Source: Ascidiella aspersa (lineage: Eukaryota). From it: 64,000 bases of DNA. Position numbers and translations under genes: made by a program. The notes beneath the pieces are model-generated. The model ran no database searches and was not told the origin of the DNA. It was given only the letters and a program-made list of their open reading frames with translations. Below, piece after piece: positions 35,901 to 48,700 of this stretch. The stretch's first letter is position 1. Each line of letters starts with the position of its first letter. The stretch is taken from positions 12,214,001 through 12,278,000 of the forward strand of contig OZ004608.1 of assembly GCA_963924565.1 (NCBI GenBank), read 5' to 3'.

Positions 35901-38900
35901 CGAAAAGGCAAGTTAATTATAATTATACCCCTTGAGCACATTGTATGACGACCATTACGATATTGTAAATTACACTATAGTTATTGATATATTGGAGTTG
36001 GAAACATAAAAATAGTATCATTTTCTCTTAGATCTTTCCTGAATAATCGTAATCGATCGACACGATTGTGTAAACTCCATTCCTTCTGGGCATCAGGGGG
36101 GAATTTGCCCTCGCGCGATGTGTGCTGTATTGATTGGAGGACGGGCCCCGTGTAATTCAATACCTCCAGTCAATTATTCACATCTCTCTCTGTAATAGTT
36201 TTGTTGTGGCCGGAGACGAAGTGGCAGAAAAGACGGTGGCAGGCTTTTTGAAATTCGATCGATACTTGATGAAATCTTAGCGAGATGATTTTCGCCGCTG
36301 TGTAAGGCCTTTAGGGTAAATTTATTGCTGTGTAAACGTGAAGAGGGTATACGTGTCCCAATTGCCAAAAACTACATTGTATGCTTTATTTTGTTGGGTA
36401 AATCAAACCGTTTTAGTTTTAAATCGACCTTAAGTCATTTCTAATTACAATATTAAATCGATTAGCACGTTAAGCTCTTTATTTGAAACGGCTTGCATAG
36501 CTAGTTGGCTTTCACGTAAAATAGAACTTCAACAAAAACGAATTCGATTTTCTTTGTAACGAGAATATTTTGTTAAACTTTACGTTCCCCGATGGTGGTA
36601 TTTATGTTTGTTGGAATCAGCGATTTGCTAGGCGACCGCGAACATGTTGCAGGTATCCACGTAAGATTAAGATCAATATTTCGCTTCTAGCGCCTTTGCC
36701 TGTCGCAATGACCATAAATTTGATCGATTGCCTGTGTCGAAAACCAACTACCCAGTTGTGAGCTAAAACCTTGGGCGGGATTGACTCTTACAGGGTTTCC
36801 AGTAAGCGGCTAATGCTCGTAATATTATATGCTTGGGTAGAAACGCGTTTAAAGCCGGCCATTGTTGTTTTTAAGACTTCCTGAGTGGGGTGGCGTTTGC
36901 GTTTGCGTTTGCGAGTTAATGTTAAAACGATGACAAAAGCTTCGTTAGCAGCGCGCACCACAAAATTAATAAACTACTAATACTTCATCGATTACTCAAA
37001 TGCCATTGTATTTAAAAGGTTTTCTAAAAAATATTTCGAGGGTTTGATGAAGTACAGCTATAAATTTATGGTAACATGACTGTTAAACATTCAAGTTGTT
37101 ATTTCAATTATCAACAATGTAGGAGTAACTCGGTTGACCATCCGTTAATAAAAAGGCAGAACTATCGAAATCGGGCGGAGAAATATATTTGTAACGGGGT
37201 TTACGCATAAATACAATTTAGCTACAACAAGCGGGCGATTTACATTACGTCCAACCATTTTTGACTTCCGCATGCCAATTGGCCCTCGGCCTTTTCCGAT
37301 CAGTTCGTTGCGTCAGCTATTTTCGGTGAAGCGATCGGGTTACAAAGAACTTCAAGCCTTTTGCTTCTTCCAGCCTTAAATTCCTTGGCGAGATTATTTG
37401 GGCGGCGTTCCACAAAAGCGGTGCGAAAATTTTTTTAGGCAAAATGTCATGCCGAACAATATAGCTCGTCCACAGGCCAAACGCGTGTTGGCCAGCAACG
37501 AACGCTAACTGCCAGCTAATCGCGTCTTAACACGTTATCGCGTAAGAAAAGTCGGCCGAGCGAAATCGAAATGTGAAGTGGCATCTTCGGGCAGCCTGCC
37601 TATTTCCTTTGCGTTTAATGCGTATCCATAATTCATACGACGACATCGCGCGCTGCGTAAATTCGTCCAGGTACAGGCAGATTGTCGATTGCGACATTAA
37701 CGCGTACATCGAATGCGACCGCGACTGAAAAAAACTGTTACACGCTATTTTCAGTTTTTTTTATCGTCAATCACCTTGTATTGATTTAAGGTGTGCCCTG
37801 TCGAAAAATTATGTTGTGGCGTCCGTTGACTGCCTCGTGGCAATAACTTCCAACGGCAAGAGAGACTAAAAGCAACACCAAAGATCAAATTCAGTTCTAC
37901 TCATGCGAAAAAGGGAGGTGATTAGGACTCGCCTAGCAGAACAAAGCAACTAGTTTATTTACACTAGGCGGGTAAGTTTTCTACTCGGGATTATCACGTA
38001 ACAATGGATGGCGGCTCCCGCGCTTCTCTCAATAAAGAAACAAACTCAAAAGAGGAGTGGGAAAATCTGGCGCCTTTCCGCACATCGCAAGGCCTCGTCT
38101 TTGCTTTAACGTTAAGCAAGCTGTTATTATTTGGAAACTGCGTGGTCTCCAAATTCTGTTGTTTTCATTGCGGTGCGTAGGTTCGGTTTTAATGCCGGAC
38201 GACAAATTCACGCCCAACAAATGCAAATTAGACACGGGTTGACATTACAGTGGAAAAATCATTAAAATAACACACCAAAACTGTATGACAATTTACTTGT
38301 CGTCGTTTATCGACATAAGAATACCTAACTTCACCTTAAATTTAAACAATTATTCGAAAAGCTATCACTCACGATTCAAGATAGAAGCTTTTTGTAGTTC
38401 ATTTGAAAGGGTTCCTATTAAAGGCCCAGTTCAAAATATATCAAAAAGACACGTGTATAAAAGTGACGACAAACCGTTTTTACCGCAAACAATGGACCAG
38501 GCGTGCGATGCGTTGCACAAATCTAAGTTCGTACATGTTATATTGTAAGCCATTTTAGTAATAGCCTTCAGTATTTCGATGATTAATAGTGTGTCTCTGT
38601 GTTAGGATATGTTTGATGTAGGCATGTCGCCTCAATCATTCAAACAATGAATAATTCAGAACGACGAGGTCGTACGTTGCACAAATGCTCTCTAAATATA
38701 TTGAACTTATATCGTCGAATTTGTTTTCGATTTCAAGATATACAAACCGGGTAAAAGTATATGTGCTTAATAGGACATGGTCATTAGCTTTCTGTTTTAC
38801 CTCAATATAAACAGCGGTAAAGCAAGAACTAATTGTTAAAAATAGAGTTTGCTGTAACAGGCAACATCTCAATAGATAACAATCGGTCTTCTGGTGTAAA

Positions 38901-39410
38901 CAAAGGTATTAACCACCGACATTAGGGCAGCAGATAAACCAAAAATACGTTGGCCAGTTAATGCGCTGTTAAAATAATGTATTAAAAGAACTATAGATTA
39001 CTGACAAACTAATTTGTTTGTAGTTAGTGACCAACGATAATTAATTTCGTAATAAACTTGAGTAAATAAATGTTTTAAAGGTAAAGAATACTTTTGGTGT
39101 GATGTGAAATTCCTGTTGCGATCTTTCCCCAGGGTACGTGTTGAATGAAAAAATGTTTCAACTCGGTAGTTATAACCAAGCATTAACTTGATTGGTGCCG
39201 ATAACCCGGAGCTTATGTAAGGATATCGGTGCGAGCAAAGACAATGCAACGAGTGGCCTGGATTTTGACGCCAGCCGTATACCACTGCAATATCCCGCGG
39301 TGATTGAAATGTGTGACTTCTGGCTTGTGCGCTATCTACAGTTGTCAGAACAAACAAACACCGATCAGGCGTCTCGGGCGAAATGTTGGCCTTCCGCAAA
39401 TAACTCGAAA

Positions 39411-39440
39411 TTAACCTTGCCTTTTAAATGGCAAGGTTAA
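39411..39440. repeat. 30-bp near-perfect palindrome bounded by TTAA
   Basis: TTAACCTTGCC-TTTTAAAT-GGCAAGGTTAA. Confidence 0.8.
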
Positions 39441-41719
39441 AAGTGGTGCAGCAAACGTGCTAGTATTGTGTTCTTCGGGAGTGCCGGTCAGCGCACTGAA
39501 TAGCCGAAGTTGAGATATGATTACAGTTACATGTAGTTTTGCCCCTATGCATTCAGTTCTTTGAATGCTATTCACAATTTCTAACAATAATTTCTTATTA
39601 TATATATACAATAAACGCCACCTTACAATGACAACAATTATTTACTAATAAACGTATTTGTTTTCGACATCTGATATTGTGTCATATGTACACCTTTTGT
39701 CCATTATAAGCGATTTCGTCGCAAAAGATTAATTTGCTGCAGTGCTCATCTTGCGCTTATAATCCTACAAAAGGCCTGCACAAATTGGGAGTTATAGGTA
39801 TTGATTAAAACCGCGCTGCCCCTTTCGCCTGATATGTTTGCCTCGTGTCTCTTGTGCCAGACGCTTCAACGCATACAGTTACCCCGACACTAATTCGATT
39901 TAACGTGTGATAGTAAATGGGCCAGCGCCGTATTGTATGTGTGGGTGGGAGTTAACTGTGCATGGCTGACAAAGCGATTTAAACCGAGATTGGTCACCGC
40001 AAACAATTATAACTGGCAACCAAGTTTGGCTGGCAGGGTGTTGCATTGAACGGTAATTAAGTTGCAGGAATGCATTACAAACAAGTACTGCTGTAAGTGG
40101 CTGTGCTCAAGAAGTGAAACGAAATACGTCCCATCGCAAACCACGAAAAGTTTGGCGTATTTAAATTTTGGTACAATGGATTGTAATTTTAGATCTCTCG
40201 TCATTGCGAGCTGTTTGCCTGGAGCTCTAGGCAGGGTAACCAATTATTACAGTCGTGCGTTGTCGGTGTCAATACAGCTTTTAAGACCATGTTACAACAG
40301 ATCGGCGTAATGGTGAAACATTTAAAAGTAAACATACTGACAATATTTTTCGCTATGTTAGCTTCATGTTGGCAACAAGTAAAACGAATTTTACATTTTA
40401 ACGGTTACAGTGCCAAATCAAAGATGTGGGTAAATACCCGGCTTTCCATAATCACGACTTTACAAACCAACCAAACTGGCATTTTGAAAGTGCTGACAAA
40501 TTACCATGAAATACGTGACTCGTGGTGTTTCAGAGACGCGAACGCTCTATATGCAAAACCAAATGAGATCCATTACTCGAAGTAGATTTGGAACGGCATT
40601 TAATGCCGAAAGGGGCAACTTAACACCGAAGTTAGGTTGCCCGTACAACATAGCTTTACCGGCCACAGGCAAGATATACAGCTATTATCACGCCTGCATT
40701 ATAGCATTGTTTCCTAAACCCGCTTCCTGTCAGGCTTAAACGCCAAAAACTCGCCAACCAGAATACAGCTAATACGTGCTGATTCAAGAGTGTGACAAGC
40801 AAGCGTAAATAGAGCTGTGTATTTCGGATTTTGTCCATGCGTTGCGTAACGCAGCTGAGAAAAGGTTTCATTGATGACTGACGCTGCGTGAGCCAAATTA
40901 TTATCAAGTCGTAGTTGCAGGCTATAACCTTTAATTTGATAGTGATTTTTAGTTTTAATTACTGTTTACTAAATAAGCCTACATTTTATGTCAGTCAACG
41001 GTTTTATAACTACAAGGCAAATATTGGAAATTATTGGCCTGCTTAATTTAAGAAGTCACTTTGAAAAGTAAACTGAATGTGTTATTTGTTGGTAACAATG
41101 CAGTTCGACGTGTAGTGAAAATAGTTCTAAATGATTTCAGCCTTCGTATAAATATCGATCACTCAGAATGAAACGTCCCGCTTCCAGCTTGTTTACGCCA
41201 AGCAAGGTGTAAAAGGTTGAATCCGGGCAGCAGTGGAAATGTGGCAATGTTATCATGCCGAGAGAAACGCCAGCACTTATAATCTGCTTTTATTACCGTG
41301 GTAAGTGTAGTTGGCAGTAGGGCAGCCGCCCTTGTAAAGTATAAACTGCGCCGTTGCCGTAAAATAAATGCCTGAAGGCTTAATTCAGTCGCAATACTCT
41401 ATTGATTATTTTACAAAATTCTTAAACAACATATTCTTATTATAAATTTCGCATTTGCTTGTTTAAATTTGTTGTATTGTTAAGTTTAGACGGAACGAAC
41501 TGTGCGATTATTCAAAATGTGAATGTGCTAATTTCGCGTAATAAAATAAGCCGGTGACGTTAGTTATATAAAAATAACTCGAAATATAACGGACTACTGA
41601 TGTCAGCGTGGTGTTACTAGGGGCTGGCAAATGGTCTTAAAATGATATTTCAAACTCAATAATTACATGCTTTTGTGCCTTTAACTGGTGTGGCGTAATT
41701 ACAGAGACGGGCAAAGGTT

Positions 41720-42004
41720 TACAAGTTAAATTGCGGCCGCCGCGTGTGTGGGGAAGCGAAAAACGTAGCAAGTCGACAGGCCATTGATTGGCAAAAGAAA
41801 TAAAGGAAGTGGCCGCAAGAGAGAAAAGAGCGCCAGGAGAAAAGAAGAAAACAAACGCAGAGAGAAAAACGAGCAACGGCTTACATTACACAGAGTGTTA
41901 TAGTGATGTCATTGTGCTCGATGGCTTAAGCATTTTGACGGCACAATGTAATAACGTCAGCGGTGATATGACGTTTTTTAAGTGGTTTAGAGTTTTCTTG
42001 AAAG
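41720..42004 (+). promoter_or_regulatory. Probable promoter and non-coding first exon of the ARID5B-like gene
   Basis: A GC/CpG-rich block (GCGGCCGCCGCG) is followed by CCATTGATTGG (inverted CCAAT) and an ETS-like AGGAAGTG. A purine-rich leader ends at a possible donor AAAG|gtgaag, upstream of the acceptor at 42579. Confidence 0.4.
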
Positions 42005-42821
42005 GTGAAGTTTGCAGGAAATTGTTTAGGACAGTTGCATGGATCATTTTTGTAGTTCAGGAATTTAGATTGTAAGCTAGATAAATCAGTTCATTGTTGG
42101 ATCGCCACGAATAGCTTTACAAATGTGATTTTACCAAGAAAGCCGGTACAATTTTACCTTGCCTACTTATACTGATTAGCACTCTACCCAGGATCAGGCA
42201 AATCAATTTTATTTGATTATAAACATGTTTGATTAATAATTAATATTGGCAAATGACAATATTTTATAAATTATTAAATTTAGATTTTTGTTAAGTTTAG
42301 TGATCTTTAAGTATTGTAGAAACATAGCTGGTATGATATAATTTCATTTTATCCTTTCTATAAATTAACTAGATTAGGTCATACAATCCGTATCACTTAT
42401 TTAAGACATTTGAAACCAGCAAATAAAGTTGACATAAATTGTTTGCTTACCATGTTTAGTAAAAGGAATGTTTTTCAACTGGTATAGCGATTAATATTTT
42501 TCAAAATGTGGTAGACCAGGAATTTAACAATTTTAAACATGTTCAAACACGAACTGTTTTATTGTGTTTGTGTACGCAGGTTTCACGTTTCCTGTAAGGC
42601 AAATCAGATGTACGAAATAAACTGGATTAGTTTTGAAAATGTCACATGCGAACGGATTATCTGAAACTGTTTAGCTTGGATTGTCACCTTGGCAAAGGCT
42701 TGAAGGCCTTTTCCCCGTCTGCCCTGTGAAAGGAAAACGTCAACATATACCGAAAGTTGTCCTCTCTCTAAATTGAGGAGCGGAATTGCGCCCAAGAGAA
42801 GCAAAGAAACAGAAAAGAGAA

Positions 42822-42887
42822 ATGGCGAGCAGACATCAGAATGCCCACTCGAGAGCGAACAGCGGTTCTAGAACCGACGCCGTCACG
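42822..42887 (+). CDS. ARID5B: Probable first coding exon of ARID5B-like gene (MASRHQNAHSRANSGSRTDAVT)
   Basis: The ATG is in aaaATGG context and 22 codons end at a phase-0 donor ACG|gtaatt that joins in frame to the exon at 45333. There is an upstream acceptor (gtacgcag) ending at 42579. Vertebrate ARID5B also has a short first coding exon before W-V-G. This exon has no sequence similarity of its own. Confidence 0.6.
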
Positions 42888-44929
42888 GTAATTCACTAGA
42901 TAAGCACTTAACTTTAAATTGCTTTACTACCTGGAGTTAGTGGTGTATATATCCAAGTGTCAAAGCGAGTATTTTCCTTTGCCGTAAATTTTGCGAAAGT
43001 TACTGCCTATCTTAGTATTCTGCTAAGCCTGGCGTTGGCCGGAAGTGGTGTCTAATTACAGCTTACGCGTTGCCACATCGCCATTTATAAAATTGTAGAA
43101 ACCATTAACGCCCAAATTGCAAGATTATTGTCGTTTGGTTGTTGAAATAGTCGGTGAAATAATGTCGCCTTTGTTTTTTCATATGATAAATATTGCTACC
43201 AAAGCCAATAAAACAATATAGGGCATATTGTTTGTGTGAAATAGTTTAACCAGCCATCGATGTTAGTCATGTTTTAACAGTGCGTTGTATTTGGCTGGCT
43301 TGTTTTCTTTCAATACCTTCATTAGGGGTTTCGGTTTTACCGAAAAAACAATTTCGGTTTATACTCTTTCAAAACCCGGCAACTTTGATTAGCGCGTTGA
43401 TAAAGCAGGCCCTAAAGCAGGGGACCTGTCGCTATTAATTATGTATGCGTTACGTATTTCCACCCATGTTCACTTAATAGCGAGGACCGAAATAACACAA
43501 ACGTGTTCTTCGAGTCGCATTGTTGGGCCTGTTAATATACGGATTAACGTTTTTTAAGACTGCCTTATCTGCTGTAACGTCTACATTTACCAATCTGCAC
43601 GATATAGATCAGGTGGGAAACACATTCGTTTGTTTCGCCAATATGTTCTTACTTTCAGGCGCAGGTCAAACCACACTAAGCCCCCAGAGAGTTAATTTAA
43701 TTTTAACATTGATGAGTAGAGAGGCTGCGTCTGTTGCTTTACCAATGATTTTAAATACCTTACTTACAATTAGCATGGTTTCATGCAGTCTTGTTACGCT
43801 GTCTGTAATGTAAAATAATTATTTAGCATGATCAATTAAGTTTGAAATTTCAATATTTGAATAGTTTTGAAACTTGTTTTAAATAGAGTGGCATGATTGA
43901 GGCCATTAACTATGTAAGCACCAAATTGACCGATTTGAAAAAAAGTTATCTACATGAATAAACGATACATTTTGTTGCATTAAACATCTGGAGTCGCCCC
44001 TTTTAGTGCGTTGCGTCATATAGTTTATGACCTCACCTTTGCGCAGTTACACCGCTTTGTGTTTTATCGCTTCCCGGGCTTTAGCTGCTCCTACAGTGGT
44101 TTTTGATTTCCATTATTTACACTGAAGGCGCATAAGAGAAGCAAAAATGCGCAGTACTCCCCTGGTACTGTTTTCTAATTTAATAACGACACTCCTGTTC
44201 GTTGTAGTTGTTGTATGCAGACCGGTGATTGCACTAAATAGTATAATGCGGGAAATTTAACTGTTAGAAAAAAAAACAAGCTGTGTTTAAACTTAAAAAA
44301 AATCTCTTCTGTTTAATGTACATTAAATCATCCGGTTATTTCCGCGTTAATCTATAAGATAGCAGCCGAATTTTTGCTAATGTCACAAAGACTGGCATTC
44401 CAACGTCGTTAAAAGTGGAGCTATAAATAACCCGATTCGCTGCTTTCGCAAACGATTGTGTCAAACCATTGCAATCACGGCTTGTCGATTAAAAGCCTCT
44501 GATTCGTCATTGACCATATGACTAGTCTCCATTAATTGTTATGCCAGACAAGTTTACATCAAACGTAATGTGAATGATATTTTTATTAGGGCACAACTAT
44601 TCAGCGCGATTAACTTGCATATCTCGGCAAATATTGAATAAAACATGATAAAGTAGCATTTTTAGTATTTGAAACCAAGGACGAATGCATACAAACAAAC
44701 TGCGCTTTTGTAGTCTTCTAACACTTGTGGCTCGCCTCGCGTTGTTCGGCACATTACCTTGAAAATTAGCGGTTACGGCAGGCGTAAAGAGAAAGGCAAA
44801 CGACACGGTAGTCCAAACAAATACAGCAAGTCGTTCCCTAATCAAACGTGCAATGACGGTTGCGAACCAATTGTGGTAGTACAAAAGCGTTTGCTGCCCC
44901 AACCCGGTTTGGGACGGCTAGTCAATATT

Positions 44930-45084
44930 GTGAGTTAGTTTGATAAACAGTTACTGGTTACAGGTTAAAAATACGGTTACCCACGAAAAATAAAATATGT
45001 GACAAAATTTTTCGTTTTACGCACACTTTTTTCTAGTTGATAAGTGAGTTAGTTTTATAAACAGTTACTGGTTACAGATTAAAA
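44930..45084. repeat. 41-bp direct repeat, two copies 114 bp apart
   Basis: GTGAGTTAGTTT(G/T)ATAAACAGTTACTGGTTACAG(G/A)TTAAAA occurs at 44930 and 45044. Confidence 0.85.
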
Positions 45085-45332
45085 TTAAAAAAAGTTTCAC
45101 TTCGATACAGCGTCTCATCTTAAATATTTTGAAAATTTGGTTTGAGTAGACCAAAGTTCACCGGTCGACATGTGACGACACCACTTGACATTTCTTGTTT
45201 CGCTTTCCTTTGTGCAGGCGATGGACTCATAAGCGCCCGTGTGTATATATCCATACATATATAACGCATTACCTTGCGCTTCTTGTTTGGGTTCAAACCT
45301 AGCCGCTGACAATAGCACGTGTGATGTCACAG

Positions 45333-45710
45333 TGGGTCGGCGGAAGTTGCGGCAGACACGGGTCGTACGTCTTCTACAAGGCCTTCCGATTTCGCCTGGC
45401 GCCGCCGGAGCCCAGCACGCCGACATCGACGGGTCGGAGCCGCACCAGAAGGTCCCTGAGCACTCGCAGCGACGAGCATCAAGAGGAGGTAGCTCCGGAG
45501 CGGGAGTCAGGACATAGCTCTCTCATCCAGGAGCGCATCTTGTCCCTTGGCGAGTTCTTCTTCGTCCAATGTCGCCCCGAGGACCCGGTCTGTGTCGGGG
45601 AAATCCAGCTTCTGTGGCAGGACAAGCACTCCGGTCAGGACCTCGCCTCAACCCGCCTCTATTACCTGCCCGAGACCACGCCGGCCGGACGAACTTCCCA
45701 ACATGGAGAG
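45333..45710 (+). CDS. ARID5B: ARID5B-like (AT-rich interaction domain 5) N-terminal BAH-like exon, 126 aa; the gene continues beyond the window
   Basis: WVGGSCGRHGSYVFYKAFRF..RILSLGEFFFVQCRPEDPVCVGEIQLLWQD..LYYLPETTPAGRTSQHGE matches the ARID5B N-terminus (WVGSPCGLHGPYIFYKAF..RILSLGDFFFVRC..LYFLPEDTPQGR..HGE). It is bounded by cacag| and GAG|gtaagg. Confidence 0.92.
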
Positions 45711-48700
45711 GTAAGGAATTTGTGTGTACCGGAAAATCCATGGGCCAGTTATTCGGTCACTTTGTTTTTCTTTAACTTGATTTTCTAAGAACCTACTTGG
45801 CCGTTTTGAAAAATTGTTTATTTTCGAAATTGCATAGGTCAGTTTGAACAAACCACCTCAGCCAGTTTGCACTGTTTAAACAAAACGAATCCCCCTCGAT
45901 AAGGCATTGAATTAGTGTGTATTCGAAATTGCTTAGGTCAGTTGACGTTTGGCCACATAATTTCGAAAAAAGCTGCCTTGGCCAATTTGCACGCCAAAGC
46001 GAATCCCCGTTGTTTGCCACTGCAGTGTTTTTGGCGAGCAGGCTGCTTTTCAATTGACCATGTGAACTGCTACATTGTTCTGTTTACGCGTGCTGCCCAG
46101 TTGGTGCGCTTCAAATTTACAGCAGCCGGCGTTTAAACGGTGGCCATAAAACAGACCGACTCGCGCACGATTGTTCTGAATTTTCCAATCGCAAAATAAT
46201 ATCGCCAGCAAGCAACTTCGCGCCCCAATTAAACCTGTGACTGTTTTGTGGTTTTATCTTACCCAATCTGGACAATAGTTGGCAATGTAGTTAACAACCG
46301 ATCAGGTCATCTTTAGGCAATGTTATAGGTCAACTGATGGTTTTGTGGGTTAACAATACCTCCCCTTATAAAGCGGCAAACCCTTCGAAATGCCATTAAC
46401 ATATCGTCGAAATAACTCCCATTCAAATTCCTTCCCGCCGATACAAAGGGAACTCAGGCGCGCTGCTATAAGTGCGTATATATCAAACGGGTCGTGAACC
46501 GGTTACGACAAACGGGATTAGTAAAGCTGTCGGATTGCGGCCATCAGCTTGCCAAATCTGTGCCTCTTGAACGTCATGCAACGCTGGGATTTGTTTTCTG
46601 AGACAGCGCCTTCCTCGGGCACAATTGCGATTTCGCCAAATGAGGCGTTGTCATCGACTAGCGGCTTTCCGCAAGTGATTTAAATGCGCCTGGCGATTCC
46701 ACGTTTGTTTAGCGCCGAGGTTCGAAAAGAATTTCGAAAATTCCGCTTATCACCGGTTAGCATTAGCACAAAAAAATACCTTTAAAACGAAACAAGATTT
46801 TCTAATTTCCATGATCTTTATCTCGTTCGCTTTTTTACAGGCGCGCCCGTTAAAAGTAAATAGATTAAAAGTTGTTTGACTTGGCGCAGTGCTGAGAGAC
46901 ATCTCGCGGCCTGGCGCTATATCTGCCGTTCGACTTGTAATATTGAGAATGTGTAATGCCAATGTCGCCTTGCGGAAGTGTGTTCTGCCTTTCGGTCGTT
47001 TACAGCTTTTACGGCTGCGCTTCCGAATGTGTGACTGTGCTTATCGACGGTACGCGAGACGCGTTATCTGCTGTGGAAAGCCCTTCAGCACTGCTTCACT
47101 AAACAGACAGTGCGGTCCTTTGCTGACCGCCGATGCATTATTCATACCAAGTGTGCCCGGGGTAGCTTTGCCGGTTTAAATGTCCACTATTATGTTACGT
47201 GCTCCAGCTGATGTTGCTCGGCAATTTTCATTCCTTGATTTGTTTAGGTTGGCCTACATTTGCGCTTAGCGACCGATGGCAAGCTAGTTAATAACGCATG
47301 CGGATTAATTTTAATCGCGTAATTTCCTTTGGCATGCAAGTTACTTTGCTTTTTCGCGGGTAGCTACTTTCCCTCTTTCGTGGAGGCTTGTTTACTCGTT
47401 TGTATAATGTTTATGTTACTGCAAAATTTACACTTATATACAATTTTGCTGTAATAAATGAGTTTTTCAGCTATTTCGGAGTATTTTAACTATTTTTTAT
47501 TCAATAAACTGTACAGAATAGAAGGGAGTTTTTGTTGGTACGCAGTAAGCATTCGTTGTTGTTAAGCGAAAATAATGCAGTTGTCCTTGTAAAAGAATGT
47601 TTACGGCGAGAAACTTGTTTAAAGACCTCGTTAGGGCCGAAGTCAATTATTTGACCGGGTGGCTCTTTAATATTTAATCATTGACGAACGAATACATACA
47701 CATGTAAAACATTGTCTCTAATCCAGCGCATTTCATGCGTACTTTTGCCCATGTCACGTCGTCTTAACAAATCTCCATTTAACTTGATCCCGATCGATTG
47801 CACTGGAAAGATTTCCAATTGGTCTCGCAAGCTGTCAAATTAAAACCCGACGCCCAAAAGTATCTCGCTTTTTCAGCCCGTCGCGCCCGCAACGAGCGAA
47901 CAAGCTTTGTCTGTTTGCTCGCTGTGACGTCACAGCGCAAAGAAAACGTGGCAGTTGCGATAAACCGGGCGTAGTGGCTTCTTGCGTCGTGTTTGTTAAA
48001 GCAAGTTTGCCGAAAAAAACGCGATGCCCGGCCTTAATCTGGTGCCGCGCGCAGGTTTTGGACTCCACCGAACTAGGAGTGTATAATGGCCGCGCCATAT
48101 CGCACTTGGAAACTGAACGTTCACAGATCGATCAATATCCCGTCGGCACCACGATCATTACCGTGTTGTGCCGCGGCCTTTCTAATTGTGTTTTCCAATT
48201 TAAAACATATACGTCGTTTAGCACCAGGCTTCGTCGAAATTCTATATTTCAAGGTCTCGACAAAGGTTCAATGTCCACCTCTTCTCCAAAGCGCCATAAC
48301 TCATCGCGCCACGGCGGGGAACATTTATTGCAGCCGGGTTAGTCACTGCGGGTTAAAGTTGATTTTATTGACGACCCTCGTCAGCGATACGTGGTAATCC
48401 TGGTGTCACCTGGCGCTTTTTACCGCACAAAGCTTTTTGCCACTCGACGCTTTGCCTGGGCGTCCAAGCGAGACGTTCTGTTAGCCGAAATTCGAGACTG
48501 GTCGTTGTCGTGTTTTTTCCTCTCCCATCGAAATTGCCTCGATTCTCTTTCGCCTTTTGACTTAGTAAAATTTTTCGTCCAAAGTATTTTCATTGCGCCC
48601 GTCGAAATTTTTGGGGTCACGTGTCTTTTGTTTTAATGCTAAATTGTGATGTGTACATCTCGTTCTTGCGGCATAAAAATAAAACGTTGTTTTTTTTAAG

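Noticed and set aside
45321-45332. ORF-track start (MMSQ) for the ARID5B-like ORF
   Set aside because: The AG at 45331-45332 falls at the conserved exon boundary before W-V-G, so these bases are more likely intronic. The ORF tail after 45710 is likewise intron.
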